Assembly (NCBI GenBank): GCA_025786725.1
Contig: JAHLTZ010000001.1
Location: 620,001-684,000, forward strand
Reading direction: 5' to 3'
Source: Syncephalis fuscata S228
Taxonomy: Eukaryota; Fungi; Zoopagomycota
Length of the DNA: 64,000 bases
Shown here one piece after another: positions 52,053 through 64,000 of this stretch. Under the pieces are notes generated by a model. It was not told the DNA's origin, did no database searches, and worked only from the letters and a program-made list of their open reading frames with translations. Position 1 is the stretch's first letter; each line of letters starts with the position of its first letter. The translations under genes were made by a program, and so were the position numbers.

Positions 52053-54745
52053 CTTGGTAGGTAGATTTGGTTTTATTGTTGTTGGTGTTATTGCTAAAGT
52101 AATGGTAGTAGTACTCGTACTAGTAGTAATTGTAGATATCTTTCTAATAAAGAATTGGATGCGGTAAACAGTAGCTAAAAGTCAAGCTAGTAGTGACTGT
52201 CGACAATTAAAGTAACAACGGCGATGATGCAGTTGGGCAGCAATAGATGTGTGTACGTGTTGTTGGTTTGTTTGTATACGTAGATGAATGAGAAGAGTTG
52301 CGCAATATGGAAAAGGAACGCAATGTTTGCAGATAATATAAAGTAAGCGCGAAACTGACGTGGCTAATTTAAAATCAGAGTTACAGTAAAAAGATTCAAT
52401 TGTAGTATCTGTGAGTCAGAAAAGTATGTGTCACAGGACAAGCAGCATTCAACGTCGAGGCTGCAATCGGTAGTGCATTTTGAAAATGTATGCTATAGAG
52501 AAAGGAGGAAACGAGTTCGTCATGAGGCTGACTAATAGAAGGCAACGCTGAGTTGATGTTCTGGTTACTTATTCGATCTTGTAATAAAAGTCAAATAATA
52601 ACACATATACCGACGCAATGTGTAAACAAAAGGTTAGATGAGATGACAAACCAAACGAAAAACGTTTAGCAAGCCATGTCGAATCGCGCAAAAGCGTAAA
52701 AACCAAACAAAAGAATAAATCACCGAGGAGTGCTAATCAGCAGCTTGGAACACAAGCAATCCTCAGGAAAGAACTTGGATTGTAGTAGCGATGAAAAGAT
52801 GAGAGAAAGAGGACAGAAACGATGACTGTCTATAACCAATAGAAAATAAAAGTGCACGTACTGCAGAGTGAATAGAAGAAGAGACGGTTATTACTGTAAT
52901 GTCGCTATAGCTGTTGCTGCTGCCAAGTGTATTTCTGCTGCTGCTGCAAAAAAGTAAGAGTGAGTGAAGAAAGAAACAACAAAGTGAGTGGTGGAGAAGA
53001 AAAGCTGGTCTATTTAAAACCGTAGTCAGATTTGATCATCTTTACTCAGATGATCAAGGTTACACGGATGACTGGCGGATAGAAAAAGGAGAAAAGGGGA
53101 GGAGAGGAGATTAGAGAGAGAGAGGAGAGAGAAAGAAGCCAAATATGGATAGAGGCCGTATGAATACATCCACCCACATAGAATGACATACAATGTAGGA
53201 GATGAGCCGTGACAGCCAAAAATGACGAGACACCGACTACAAGTCACAGACACTTAGAAATGAGGAGTCAATGTTGTTTATTTTATCATAATAATAATAA
53301 GCACGCCATTTGTACTAATAAAACAACACAGATACAAATATAACAACAACAATGCACACACACACAACATCTAACACCAATTCATTGTGTGCTGTTGTAC
53401 AGCATGTACATAGCTTTTTCCATATTCCGCGCGTACGTGTGCATATTGCGTGTAGAGGATTGTCGCCAAGAGCAATACCCTACCAACCATTCCATTAATT
53501 GGTATCTAGAAGGTCGTCGACGAGCCTTTGAAACGACTATGTTCTCAGTGTAATAGCGTATGTTGTTATGCACACTTATATACGTAATAAAGTGTCTTGG
53601 TGACTATATTGAATCATATCGACTGTCATAATGACACCATAAACGACGTAATTGGCGTCATTAATGGCGTGTGTGTCTGTTGTTTAAGACAAAAGACGCG
53701 ACATAGCAGCGTGATCTAACAATGCTAGAATAGCAGTAACAATAGAAGTGATAGCAAAGGTCTGTCATGTGCCTATACGTAGGCACCCGCTATCTCCGAG
53801 TTATTCCGAAGTGATTAAAAAGGATAGATATAAATATGGGTGTGTGTGTGTATATAGCTGTGTGTTGCCTATCTATTGATAGCTCAAATAGGCTAGAAGG
53901 ATAGATACCAGTTATCAGTAAGATAACAATAACAACAATAATAATAATAACAACAACAATAACAACAATAGTAACCACAATAAACAGTAGAATTACTCGT
54001 ACTCGTCTTTTACAGTATAGACATGTCTATATGCATGGTGCATCTATGCATAATGCCAAGCTGTTGTCCAATGGAAGGCAATAGGTACATCCATTCTTTA
54101 TTTGTCCTCTGTCCTCTCTCTTTCTCTCTCTCTTTCTCACTCTGTCTAATATGCATGTTCCATAAAATATAGAAACAATGCAAGTGAAACAACTACCAAA
54201 CATATACAAGTATGCATGAGTCCATCAAGTCGACAGTGTATCAAAAGTAAACAGAAACCAGTAATTACTATGCACTTGGAATGGCCGCATATTTACTTTT
54301 ACGCATGTGCATAATTATCATTTGATCTTATTTATATTTAATATTCGAAGGGGATCAATAGTAAATACACTAAATAATAACTATATATATATATATATGT
54401 TATTAATTATATTATTAAATATTTAACAAAATGATAAATGTTTATACTGTATTGAAAGAACTGTGTATAAATAGCAATAAACATTTATACTATCAATATC
54501 TATACATATAATATACCAATATCTATCTATTTAAACCATACATAAACACTATTACTATTGATATTATTATTATTATTATTATGCTTGTATCTAGATAGAT
54601 AATAAGCAATGATACTATAGTTATTGTAGTAGTAACAGTTATAATCGCGCAATAACCACAACAGTCCTTCCCCTTTTCTTTTTTTGTTTAAAACACTCCT
54701 GTTAATTCAATGCTGCATGAATACAAATCAATCCAAGGTCTAAAA

Positions 54746-57700
54746 CTAATGATCAGACGGTGATTCTACGTTGTTGTTGTTGTTAGTGTCGCTATTTGAT
54801 TTCAATACCATTGCATCATGTTCATCAATAATAGATGATGGATGTTCATCATGATGACTAGTACTAGCATAAACATTACTATCTAAATGAATAGATTCAC
54901 TTTGTTGTTGATTAATATTGACTGAATCTGTTGATAATGATACTTTTTCTTCTTCTTTTCTTCTTCTTCATTAGATGTACTAGTACTACTAGTAGATGCA
55001 GTTATGTTGTGCTCCTGTTGTTGCTCCTGTCGTCGTCTATGATTTGCTGCATTATCTACTACGGGGACATGTTGATTATCTACTGCAGGAGTAGGTTGGA
55101 CCGCTGCTTCTCTGGCCCGACCTCCTCCTCCTCCTCCTCCTAATCTGACTTCATGTCGGTGATGGCCACCCGCTAGAGGTACTGCTCCCATTGGTCCATG
55201 AGCAATATCCATTCGGAATTGACGGACATAGACCATCCAACCTACTAGAATACACATAGCAAGTATTACTAGATTATCCATCCAAGCATCATCTTCATTA
55301 TCATCGTCACTATTATCGTCACCACGGCTATTACGGCGACTTGTTCTTTGTCGGGCCCGTTTAGCTGTATCATGAGCACGGAATCCATCATCTGCACCAC
55401 CCATTACTCTTCGTCTTGATCATTATATTCGTCTGGTAAATCGGCACCTCGTCTCCAATCCCATCCATTAATCAATTCATCTTCAATGTCCACTAGATCA
55501 TCGGGCTCTTCCCAGGCCAACTTTTCAGAGAATATATCATCTTCATCGTCGTCATCATTCATTAGACCATCCTCTTCATCATCTAGACCGTCTAAACCTT
55601 CTTGTCCAGTAGATTTACCCGTTTTGTGTTTATGTGTCGAGTCACCGGTTGATGAAGACGACCAATTTAGAAATTCTAGATTGGTTAACCAGTCCCATGC
55701 CCAATGAATATATAATTTGATACGGGAAAATACTACGGGGAAATAGGCATTCGGATTGATCTCTAAGGCTCGCTTATACCATCGATCTGCCAGATAAAAG
55801 TCCTAATAGTCATTTATGTTAGTTAGCGTATATACTATTGAATACAACATAAACTTGCCTTAGTTACTCCAATACCATGTTCATGCATCCATCCTAGATT
55901 CCACATGGCCAAATCACTAACATCATTTCTGGCTACTGAATGATAGCATTTGGCTGCTTGTTTTGGATCTTGAGGGGTGCCAATACCGTTATAGTAATAG
56001 TCACCTGATTTGATACGAGCATCTGTGTTGCCTTGATTGGCTGCACGCATCCATAGTGATAGAGCAAGTTGTCCATAGGATGGTGTCATATTTAAATGGC
56101 CATGTCGTTCTATTAACGATATATTAGTCATTGATAATAGTCATGCTATTGTTAATTAAATTAACTTACGATTGTCAATAAGCCAGGCGGCATTGGTTTG
56201 TGCCACTTCATATCCCATTTCGGCTGCTTGTAAATAGACTAACAATGCTGTTTCATAATCACCTCGTTTATATGCTTGATATCCAGCAGGTATAGGTGAA
56301 TATTGCCAGTCTCCTTTCTCAGCCACCGTCTTATAATACTATTATATTATTATTATTATTGCATGTATATAACGTGTTTAATAATAGTCTATATAGATTA
56401 TGCGTATATTACTTACGGCTACAGCAAGTGGACAGGAATAAGATGTGCCTTGGCCTTCCCAGTGCATATCTGCTAAATAATATTGAGCTAGAATATTGCC
56501 ATTGCCTGCAGCAGCCATAAAGAAATATCTAGCATCGGCATACGATTTGCTAGCTATTATTATTATTATTATTGATAACAACAACAACAATAATAATAAC
56601 AATAACAATAAGTAAATAGTATATATCAGTTATTAGTATAACACCTACCGTACATAATCTTGCCCATGTTGACTTGTGCTTCATCGTATTCTTTACTGGC
56701 AGCTTTTTGGAAATATTCAATTGCTAGTTTTAAATCCTATTTCATTATCATTTATGACTGTTATTACTTATTAATGCCAATTACGTTGATTAGATACTTA
56801 CTTTACGTACACCATTACCATCACGATACATAACACCCAATGCATTGTAAGCTACTGGATCATTCTATATGATATATTAGTTTAATCTAATCTAATCTTA
56901 TTTATTTATCTATTTATTTATAGACTTACATATTCAATGGCATGTTTAAACCATCTTATTGCCGTAGCAGTATTTGCCTTCACTCCTTCACCGCGCCAAA
57001 ACATTTCACCGATAAAGGCTGCCGCTTGGGCAGCCAAGTAGGCCACATGTTCATCTACATTTTTCGTCTTTTTCTGTTTCCCATTGCTTGAATAGACTTG
57101 TAATGCCACTGATCGATAGTATCGAATAGCCCGCCGATAATCTTGTTTAATACGATTACTGCCGCGTTGGTATAGTTGACCCAGTATTAACTAGAATAAC
57201 AAGTGAGTATTTTATATATTCATTAATAATAAATAGCTTACTTTAGCCTGTAGATTTCCCTTTTCTGCCTCAAGTCGATAAAATTCAATAACCTCGTCTA
57301 GCTCTACACCATTGGTCGATTGTCCCGCAGGTTTTATACCAAATACGCCGCCTTCTTCATCGGCTAAACGTATTCTTGGACGTGGTAATCGTCGACCTCC
57401 TGGTGGCCCTGATTCATAATAGTCAATAGCTAGTTACGAATAATTAGTTAATCAGCCATTAATAAGTTGTTATTCCAATGGTATTTTTACCTTTATCGGC
57501 TACTCGTTGATAGTAATATACCGATTCTTCACAGCTCTTGGGCACACCAAGACCGTATAAATAGCGATAACCAAGTGTCATCTCTGCTACTGTATCACCA
57601 CCTACACCAGCAAAAGTCGTATATAACAAGGCCTGGCATAACAATATTAATATAATATAAAACAGCTACTAAAACATGCTATTAACCTACCTTACGTGGA

Positions 57701-58712
57701 TCGGCTACTGTCTGTCCAAGACCAATTGAATAAATAAATCCGGTGCGCTGTTGAGCTGTGGCATTGCCGTTCAAATCAGCCAACTGTTCATAATAATCGA
57801 GCGCAGATGTAAAATTACGTTCTTTTGCATAAAGTCCATGCTATTCAATGCATATCAATTATTGTGCTTATTTCTTTAATTATTTATATTACTTACGAAA
57901 TACAATTCCCCTAACAAAAAAAGAGCATCCGGATGTTGATACTTTGTACCAGCTTCTGTCAACAATTGAATTGCCTCTTCTACACGCGGTATAGTACGTC
58001 GTTCTGGTGTACGTCCACTATTTTCTTGAGTTGAGGATTTATCACCGTTATATGATGCATCCTTGACTTCATCGCTAAAATTATACATAAAAGAAAAGAC
58101 GGTTTCGGGTAGCCAGCGCCATACTATCTCCAATTGACGTGGTAGACTGCTGCCCGTTGCGCTGCCACCTCGTCTACGACGATGCATTGGAATCGAAGTT
58201 TCCGGTCGAATGGGTATGTCCTCTAACAGGTTGAGTGCTTTAAGATACAACACTGCATCGTGTCAGTTAAATGGTCACATGTATATGTATATATATATAC
58301 AGTTACTACTTACATCCGCCTGGTGATGACGTATCCAGCTTATACTGTTTCTGTACCAATCCATCTGTTGACGAAGCCAATTCCTTCAAGTCTTCATCCT
58401 CTATATCAGTTTCCAGTATTAAAATACTGTCGTCACCATCCTTTTCCTCTGAATCTGCTACGGTCGCGTCACCATTATTTGGTAAAGTTTTATCGGATGT
58501 TGTTATTGCTGTCAGTGAGGAATCCGATACTTTAGTATCTTTTACAGCAATTGCATCATCGCCGTTAGATCTTAGGATAAGTGTTGAGACCGCTAATGTC
58601 AGACTGACGATGACTATAGGTATATATATACTGCAGTTAATAACAAGAATATACAGGAACAGGACTGTTACTTACCAAGCAGTAAATGAGTTATTGTTCG
58701 TTGCCAATACAT
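54746..58712 (-). CDS. HRD3: ERAD adaptor Hrd3/SEL1L, multi-exon
   Basis: Signal peptide, many SEL1 repeats (AEMTLGYRYLYGLGVPKSCEESVYYY, ARIKSGDYYYNGIGT, AMWNLGWMHEHGIGV), SGPPGGRRLPRPRIRLADEEGGVFG, GYEVAQTNAAWL, single C-terminal TM. Confidence 0.93.
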
Positions 58713-58915
58713 GATTCACTATACTACTGTAATGTGTCAAGGCCCTATAAAAGGCTTGTTGCTATTGTTGTTGTTGTTGTTGTTGTTGCTGTTTTGTCGT
58801 TTTCAATAGTATAATAGTCAAGAAAGAAAGAATCAACGAAATGTAATAGTAGTTATATGGAAATATTGATGTGAAAACCAATACGTATGAGTCAGTGTAA
58901 TGGTTGTCACATCAG

Positions 58916-58934
58916 CCAATGGAGATGGACCACG
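58916..58934 (+). promoter_or_regulatory. Exact ER stress response element ERSE (CCAAT-N9-CCACG)
   Basis: CCAAT ggagatgga CCACG, about 204-222 bp upstream of the HRD3 start codon. Confidence 0.6.
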
Positions 58935-59730
58935 CCAGTAACAGTAATTGCCACCTATAACACGTCTTATTTACTATATAAATGTTAGCGCTATTCATAT
59001 TATTAATTAAATTAATAGATGCTTAAAGTATACGAGATGGTTATATTCATATAGATTTGATAGATGCTTAGTAGCAAGGTTATATATTACAGTATCATTA
59101 TTAATATTAAGAATAGTGTATTTGTTGATTTAATTATGTTGATACTACTATTTATTTAACGAATTTAATTGTATATTTATGTATTACATACTAATCACAG
59201 AAATAAAATACTTTGGCTTTGTATACCTTTGTTTAAAATTGTAAATTGTCCAAGTATTATAATTCAATATTGCAAGCCACTTGCGCCAGTATCGTAGTCT
59301 CTGTTCATTGTACTTATGATGATATATACCCCTTTGGCTATTTGGATCAAATCTGTTCGAGTAGAGCCCATGTATTGGCCCCTGCATCCACAGACACAAT
59401 TAAACTTGAACATTGAGTATAGAAATGCGTTTTACATTATGTTTATAAGACCGGTAACTATCTTTATCTATTATTGGTCGTAAGGAGTTGTATATCATGT
59501 TCCTTATTTCTTGTTCCTTATTCCTTGTTGTATTCAATATTATTAAATCTACTCTGATATTTTAAGAATATTTTGTATTTGTTTAGCGCTCCCTTTTATA
59601 AAAGCAGGAGTAGACAATTTACAAGGGTAATTTATTGTTTATTAATATGCTTAAGTAACATTGCTTTGGAATACTAATATTTAATAGCAAATTTATTCTA
59701 CCTATAGCACTAGCACAATAATAGTTAAAT

Positions 59731-61081
59731 ATGCGCGGTTTATTTACCGTATTAGTTGTATGGGCGTTAAAATCAGTGACCGCTACTTTACCCTTACCTG
59801 CTCATCTCACCAACATACCATTAAGCCACGATGTTCCATTGAAGCTATTGCCTATATATCAGAAGCAGCAGGTTATTCGATTGCGTCGAACACCTCAACT
59901 AGACAAAGCTCTACTTGATGAAGAATTAGACGTATGGGTCGTGCGTAATGATACAGTTGATGTGCGTATTTACACGCCCAATAAATTACAAAATCTGGTA
60001 TCACTTATGAAAAATCTTGAACCTAAGATCCTTGTACAAGATATTCAATTTATGGTAGACCGTGAAGCAAAAGAAATTAGAGAAAATCTGTGTTGCGACA
60101 AGACAAAAATTATTGCTTCAGCAGCAAACGATTCCTAGCAACTGGCACGACAGCTATCATCGTCTTGCTGATATTGAGCACTTCTTTGAAACACTGGCTA
60201 TTGTCTATCCAGATTTGGTGCGTGTGGAGCGATTTGGACAAACTTACCAACAACGCCAATTACTTCGTGTTTCACTAGGATTACAATCACGTAGCGAAGA
60301 ACCGAAACGGCAGCGTATCTGGATACAAGCATTGCAACATGCTCGCGAATGGATTGCCGGTGCCACGGTGCAGTATATTGCCGATCGACTTACTTCTGGC
60401 TATGGCAAAGATCCCAACATTACTTGGCTGCTAGATAATGCCGAAATCGTGTTGGTGCCGGTTGCCAATCCAGATGGATATGAGTTTAGTTGGACACGAG
60501 AACGGCTATGGCGCAAAAATCGTCATCAACTAAGCAGACAAGTGTTTGGTGTCGATACCAATCGCAATTGGCCCGATCATTGGAACACCGGCGGTTCCTC
60601 AACTAATCCAAGATCTGAAGTTTATATGGGAACAGGCCCAGCCAGCGAGCTTGAAGTGCAGTCATTAATGAACGAGTTTCGAGCAACCCCCAATGTTGTC
60701 GGAGCCATCGACTACCATTCCTACTCTCAGCTATTTCTTTACCCAGTCGGTTATACGCAAAAGCCAGCACAGCACCAAAAACAATTTGTAGAAATGGGCC
60801 GACTATTTCGCAAAGCAGTGGGTAACCAGACTAATTTTAAAGTCGAACAGTCCTCGGAGCTCTACATTGCCAGCGGTGGTGTTGATGACTGGTGGTATAG
60901 TGATGAAGTGGCTGCCGAACGTGGCTACCATGTTCCTGGATTGTGTATTGAATTAAATCCAGATGAGGATAGCCTTACCGGATTTATTATTCCTGCTAGC
61001 AACATTCGGCCAATTGGTGAAGAGCAGACGCGTGGCCTAGTTGCATTGGCTTTACATTTTATTAGCAATCCACTTTTATAA
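59731..61081 (+). CDS. Secreted M14A zinc carboxypeptidase with propeptide (frameshift near 60090)
   Basis: Signal peptide, prodomain (LDVW..VDVR), HAREW, NPDGYEFS, WRKNR, GVDTNRNW, DYHSYSQ, LYIASGGVDDW, IEL. Confidence 0.93.
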
Positions 61082-61365
61082 TGCGCAAATTAGACAATAA
61101 ATAAAATATTAGAATAACTTGAATTGCTAATTATTTAATTAATTAATAGCATGACGATTTATGTACAAAATTTAACTTTTTACACAGTATCATGATTAAA
61201 TATTATTATACAAACACTAACAAAGCCATTTTTAAATACAAACAATACGCTTTTATTTACAATAAGTTGTTGATTCAGTAATAAATAACTATGATTATAA
61301 TAAACCGAGTCAGTGACGTTTGTTTATTTGAGTATAGCTTTGCTTTAATCGCTTGAGCCATTCAA

Positions 61366-61668
61366 TTAGTTGGAACCCATGGCAAAAGGACATTTGTATT
61401 TGGGACAGCACCCAGGATAAGAAGCAGAAGGATCACCAGGAGTGGAAGTACAACCTTGACTAGCAGAATAAGCAGAGCATCCTTGTACCTTATAACTAGA
61501 CCCAGACTTAAGTAATTTAACGCATTTGCCAAAAGAAGTTTGAAATGCAGTTTGTCGTTTTAATAGCTGTACAGCACGGCGGTATTTTTTCGGCTTAGCC
61601 TCGACCATTGTCGCACTTGCTATTAAGGCCACGGCCATGATGTAAGTAACAATGGTAAATAGCTTCAT
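61366..61668 (-). CDS. Small secreted Cys-rich peptide, SVWC-like (prepro form with dibasic sites)
   Basis: Signal MKLFTIVTYIMAVALIASATMVEA, basic propeptide ending LLKR, mature region with 6 Cys ending GCTSTPGDPSASYPGCCPKYKC. Confidence 0.8.
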   Translation of the reverse strand: MKLFTIVTYIMAVALIASATMVEAKPKKYRRAVQLLKRQTAFQTSFGKCVKLLKSGSSYKVQGCSAYSASQGCTSTPGDPSASYPGCCPKYKCPFAMGSN

Positions 61669-61997
61669 GGTGATAGCGTAGTGTTGAAATATAAACAACT
61701 GGTAGAATAAACAGTAAAGTTAGAATGTGATGGTGGTGGATAAGTAGCCATGGCATGTTTAATGGTGCTTTATTTAAAGTATTCTTTCATCTATATCACA
61801 TGCTGTATATAGTGAACAACGTTTAAATACACACTGGCAACAGAAAAATATCCATATGGTAACACAGCATATTTATGCAGATCATCATTTGAATATTGTC
61901 TTGTAGTATAAAGCAGCTTTAAACCGACAATTTAAAATCACACTATTGTCTGTTAATTTTACGCATGGCATTTGCAGCATTGCTGTAACTTTTACTG
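61574..61997. repeat. About 420-bp dispersed direct duplication, copy B
   Basis: Matches 41244-41659 with scattered substitutions and small indels. Confidence 0.95.
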
Positions 61998-62222
61998 ATA
62001 TTACATCATAGACATATTTATTAAAGTATGTTACTGCTTGAATATACAACACTAGATAATGCTGTATATCAGGTTTGCAGATTAAAGTGGCCAAACGCTG
62101 CATTTTTAAATACAACGTACAAAACTAAATCATTTACATAGCATTTCTATTTATAGTGCTATTTAAAGATTAATTATATACTTTTATTGTTAATAAATTG
62201 TTGTCAATTCAGCGATAAACAG

Positions 62223-64000
62223 TTACGGTCGGGGTAGACCAAGCTCAGCCAATAATGCTTGCTGATCCGATTGTGACATGGCTTTAATGGCTTGTGCTAA
62301 TCCTTGCATAGCCGCCACATGATTCTCTTGTACAAGCATCGCCGTCTGATGGCGAATACAATTGGATCGTACACTAGCTTGGCAATGCTCGATTGCTGCT
62401 TGACCAGCTGATGATTCAAGCCATTCGGCAACATAGTATCATCGTATGGGTATCACTTGACAGTGATTGTCACACATGGTCTTTTGTAGCATTTTAACAG
62501 CTTGTGCGCGTGATAAATCACCATCTGCTGACCGCAATTGTGTGTAGGCTCGTTCTTCGCCAATCGGCGGCGTAGACGCCAGTAGAAGTAGCGACGAGCA
62601 TTCTGCCATTTCAGCACTTTACGAATAACACCCTTGGCCAACATACGGCCAGGTGTATCGTGTAAATCGGCAAACTGCAACGCTACTTGTCGATAAACCG
62701 GTGCCAGTTCACGTTCACGGGCATCCAATAATTCTTTAGCTTCAGCTCGTTGGGCCGTTGACAGTGTAAGATCATCAAGTTGTCGTTTATGTTCGCGGAA
62801 TGGCGTATCCAATCGCTGCATTACATTGACATCTGATTACGACGGAACTTAACATCAACAATGCCTTCAGGTTCAAGTATACCGGCTCGACTTGCTTCAT
62901 CGGCGTACATTTCCATATAATCTGGATTAATGGTTGGATCAAGTACGACCCAGGCTCCACCTCGTAATTCACCATTAGGAATGATGTAAACAAAGATGGG
63001 TGGCGATAGGCTACAAGTGCATCGACGATAAATGAGCCATATTTCAATATCTCGTTAAACATATCGCGTTGACCACCACTAAATCCACGCCAATTAGCAA
63101 ATATAATTAATGGCAATTGTTCGCCATTATTAAAGTCACGAATGGCTTGTGCAGTCTTATAAGCCGAGTTTGGATACCAAACTTGACCCGGCTCGCTTGT
63201 ACTTGTTCTTCTGAATTAGCATTTGCCGGATCAGCTGGAATAATACGTTCACCGGTACGAGATTCAACGGAAATCACACCCACTGGAATACCACCTAGAC
63301 GTGCTCGACCCACCACCTAATTAATAGTAATTAATTAGCTAATTAGCTACCATTACACCAATAAATACTTTTATATATATACTTACCACACTACGAGCCC
63401 ATCCGACTAACGTTTCCATAAATGAATCACGATCAAAGAATCCACCTAACCAATGCTGTTCTCGCTATGTTCATCACTTGACATTTTACCAGCCAGTAGT
63501 AAGCGTGGATCATAAGGTGTAGTCGATGGCTCCACTTCAATATCGCGATCAACTGGATCAAAGTTATACAACCAAATAGGTAGAGGCGCATCACGCTGTC
63601 GCGGTACATATGATAACCAACGCATAATACGATTGATACCGTGCAAATCATGTTCAGCTACTAAATGGGCCACACCATTTTTATGCATGATTTGTGTACC
63701 ACCTAATTGCAGATTAGATGCATATACTTCACGACCCAGTACTTTATTAAGAGCCGATGCACCCGTCAATAAAATAGGTTGTCCTTGATTTTGAATGACA
63801 CGCTGCCCCAGTCGTACCAAATAGGCACCAATACCTAATAAATATGATAAATATTATAAACAATACAGTTAATGTAGTCAAATATTTAACTTACCAACTG
63901 ATCGACAAGTTACTAGACTAATTGTGAAGATATCTTCATAGGCCCGTGATGTATCGCCAGCAATTTGGCCTGATCCTTTAGATTCTCCACGCCTAGACCA
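62223..64000 (-). CDS. ACC1: Acetyl-CoA carboxylase, C-terminal carboxyltransferase part (continues beyond the window)
   Basis: [92 protein letters not shown]. Confidence 0.98.

Noticed and set aside
53790-54209. Hydrophobic short ORFs
   Set aside because: Products of (AAC/AAT)n and (CT)n low-complexity tracts.

Overview
AT-rich eukaryotic DNA with many short GT-AG introns (CTAAC-type branch points). The gene content suggests an early-diverging fungus, probably Zoopagomycota/Syncephalis-like (inference only). Conserved housekeeping genes are GPI19/PIG-P, SDH8, WAPL, HOM3, an FAD monooxygenase, TMEM135, malic enzyme, CAX4, a CINP-like gene, cyclophilin H, VAM7, calcineurin A, HRD3, an M14 carboxypeptidase and the 3' end of ACC1. 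Lineage-specific families are F-box proteins, orphan 7TM proteins, tandem GPI-anchored Cys-rich proteins and small secreted Cys-rich peptides. Single-base deletions break many frames even in essential genes, so the assembly is probably unpolished and coordinates of spliced genes are approximate. The main features the ORF track does not show are: (1) a spliced non-coding host gene at about 16.0-17.1 kb carrying intronic snR57, snR55 and snR61 box C/D snoRNAs in the yeast order; (2) in its fourth intron, an unassigned 154-nt four-way-junction RNA whose loop is complementary to 25S rRNA helix 72-73; (3) an exact ERSE (CCAAT-N9-CCACG) upstream of HRD3; (4) an animal-like SERTA-domain protein; (5) an SVWC-like secreted peptide and a duplicate with conserved promoter and signal peptide but a diverged mature region.
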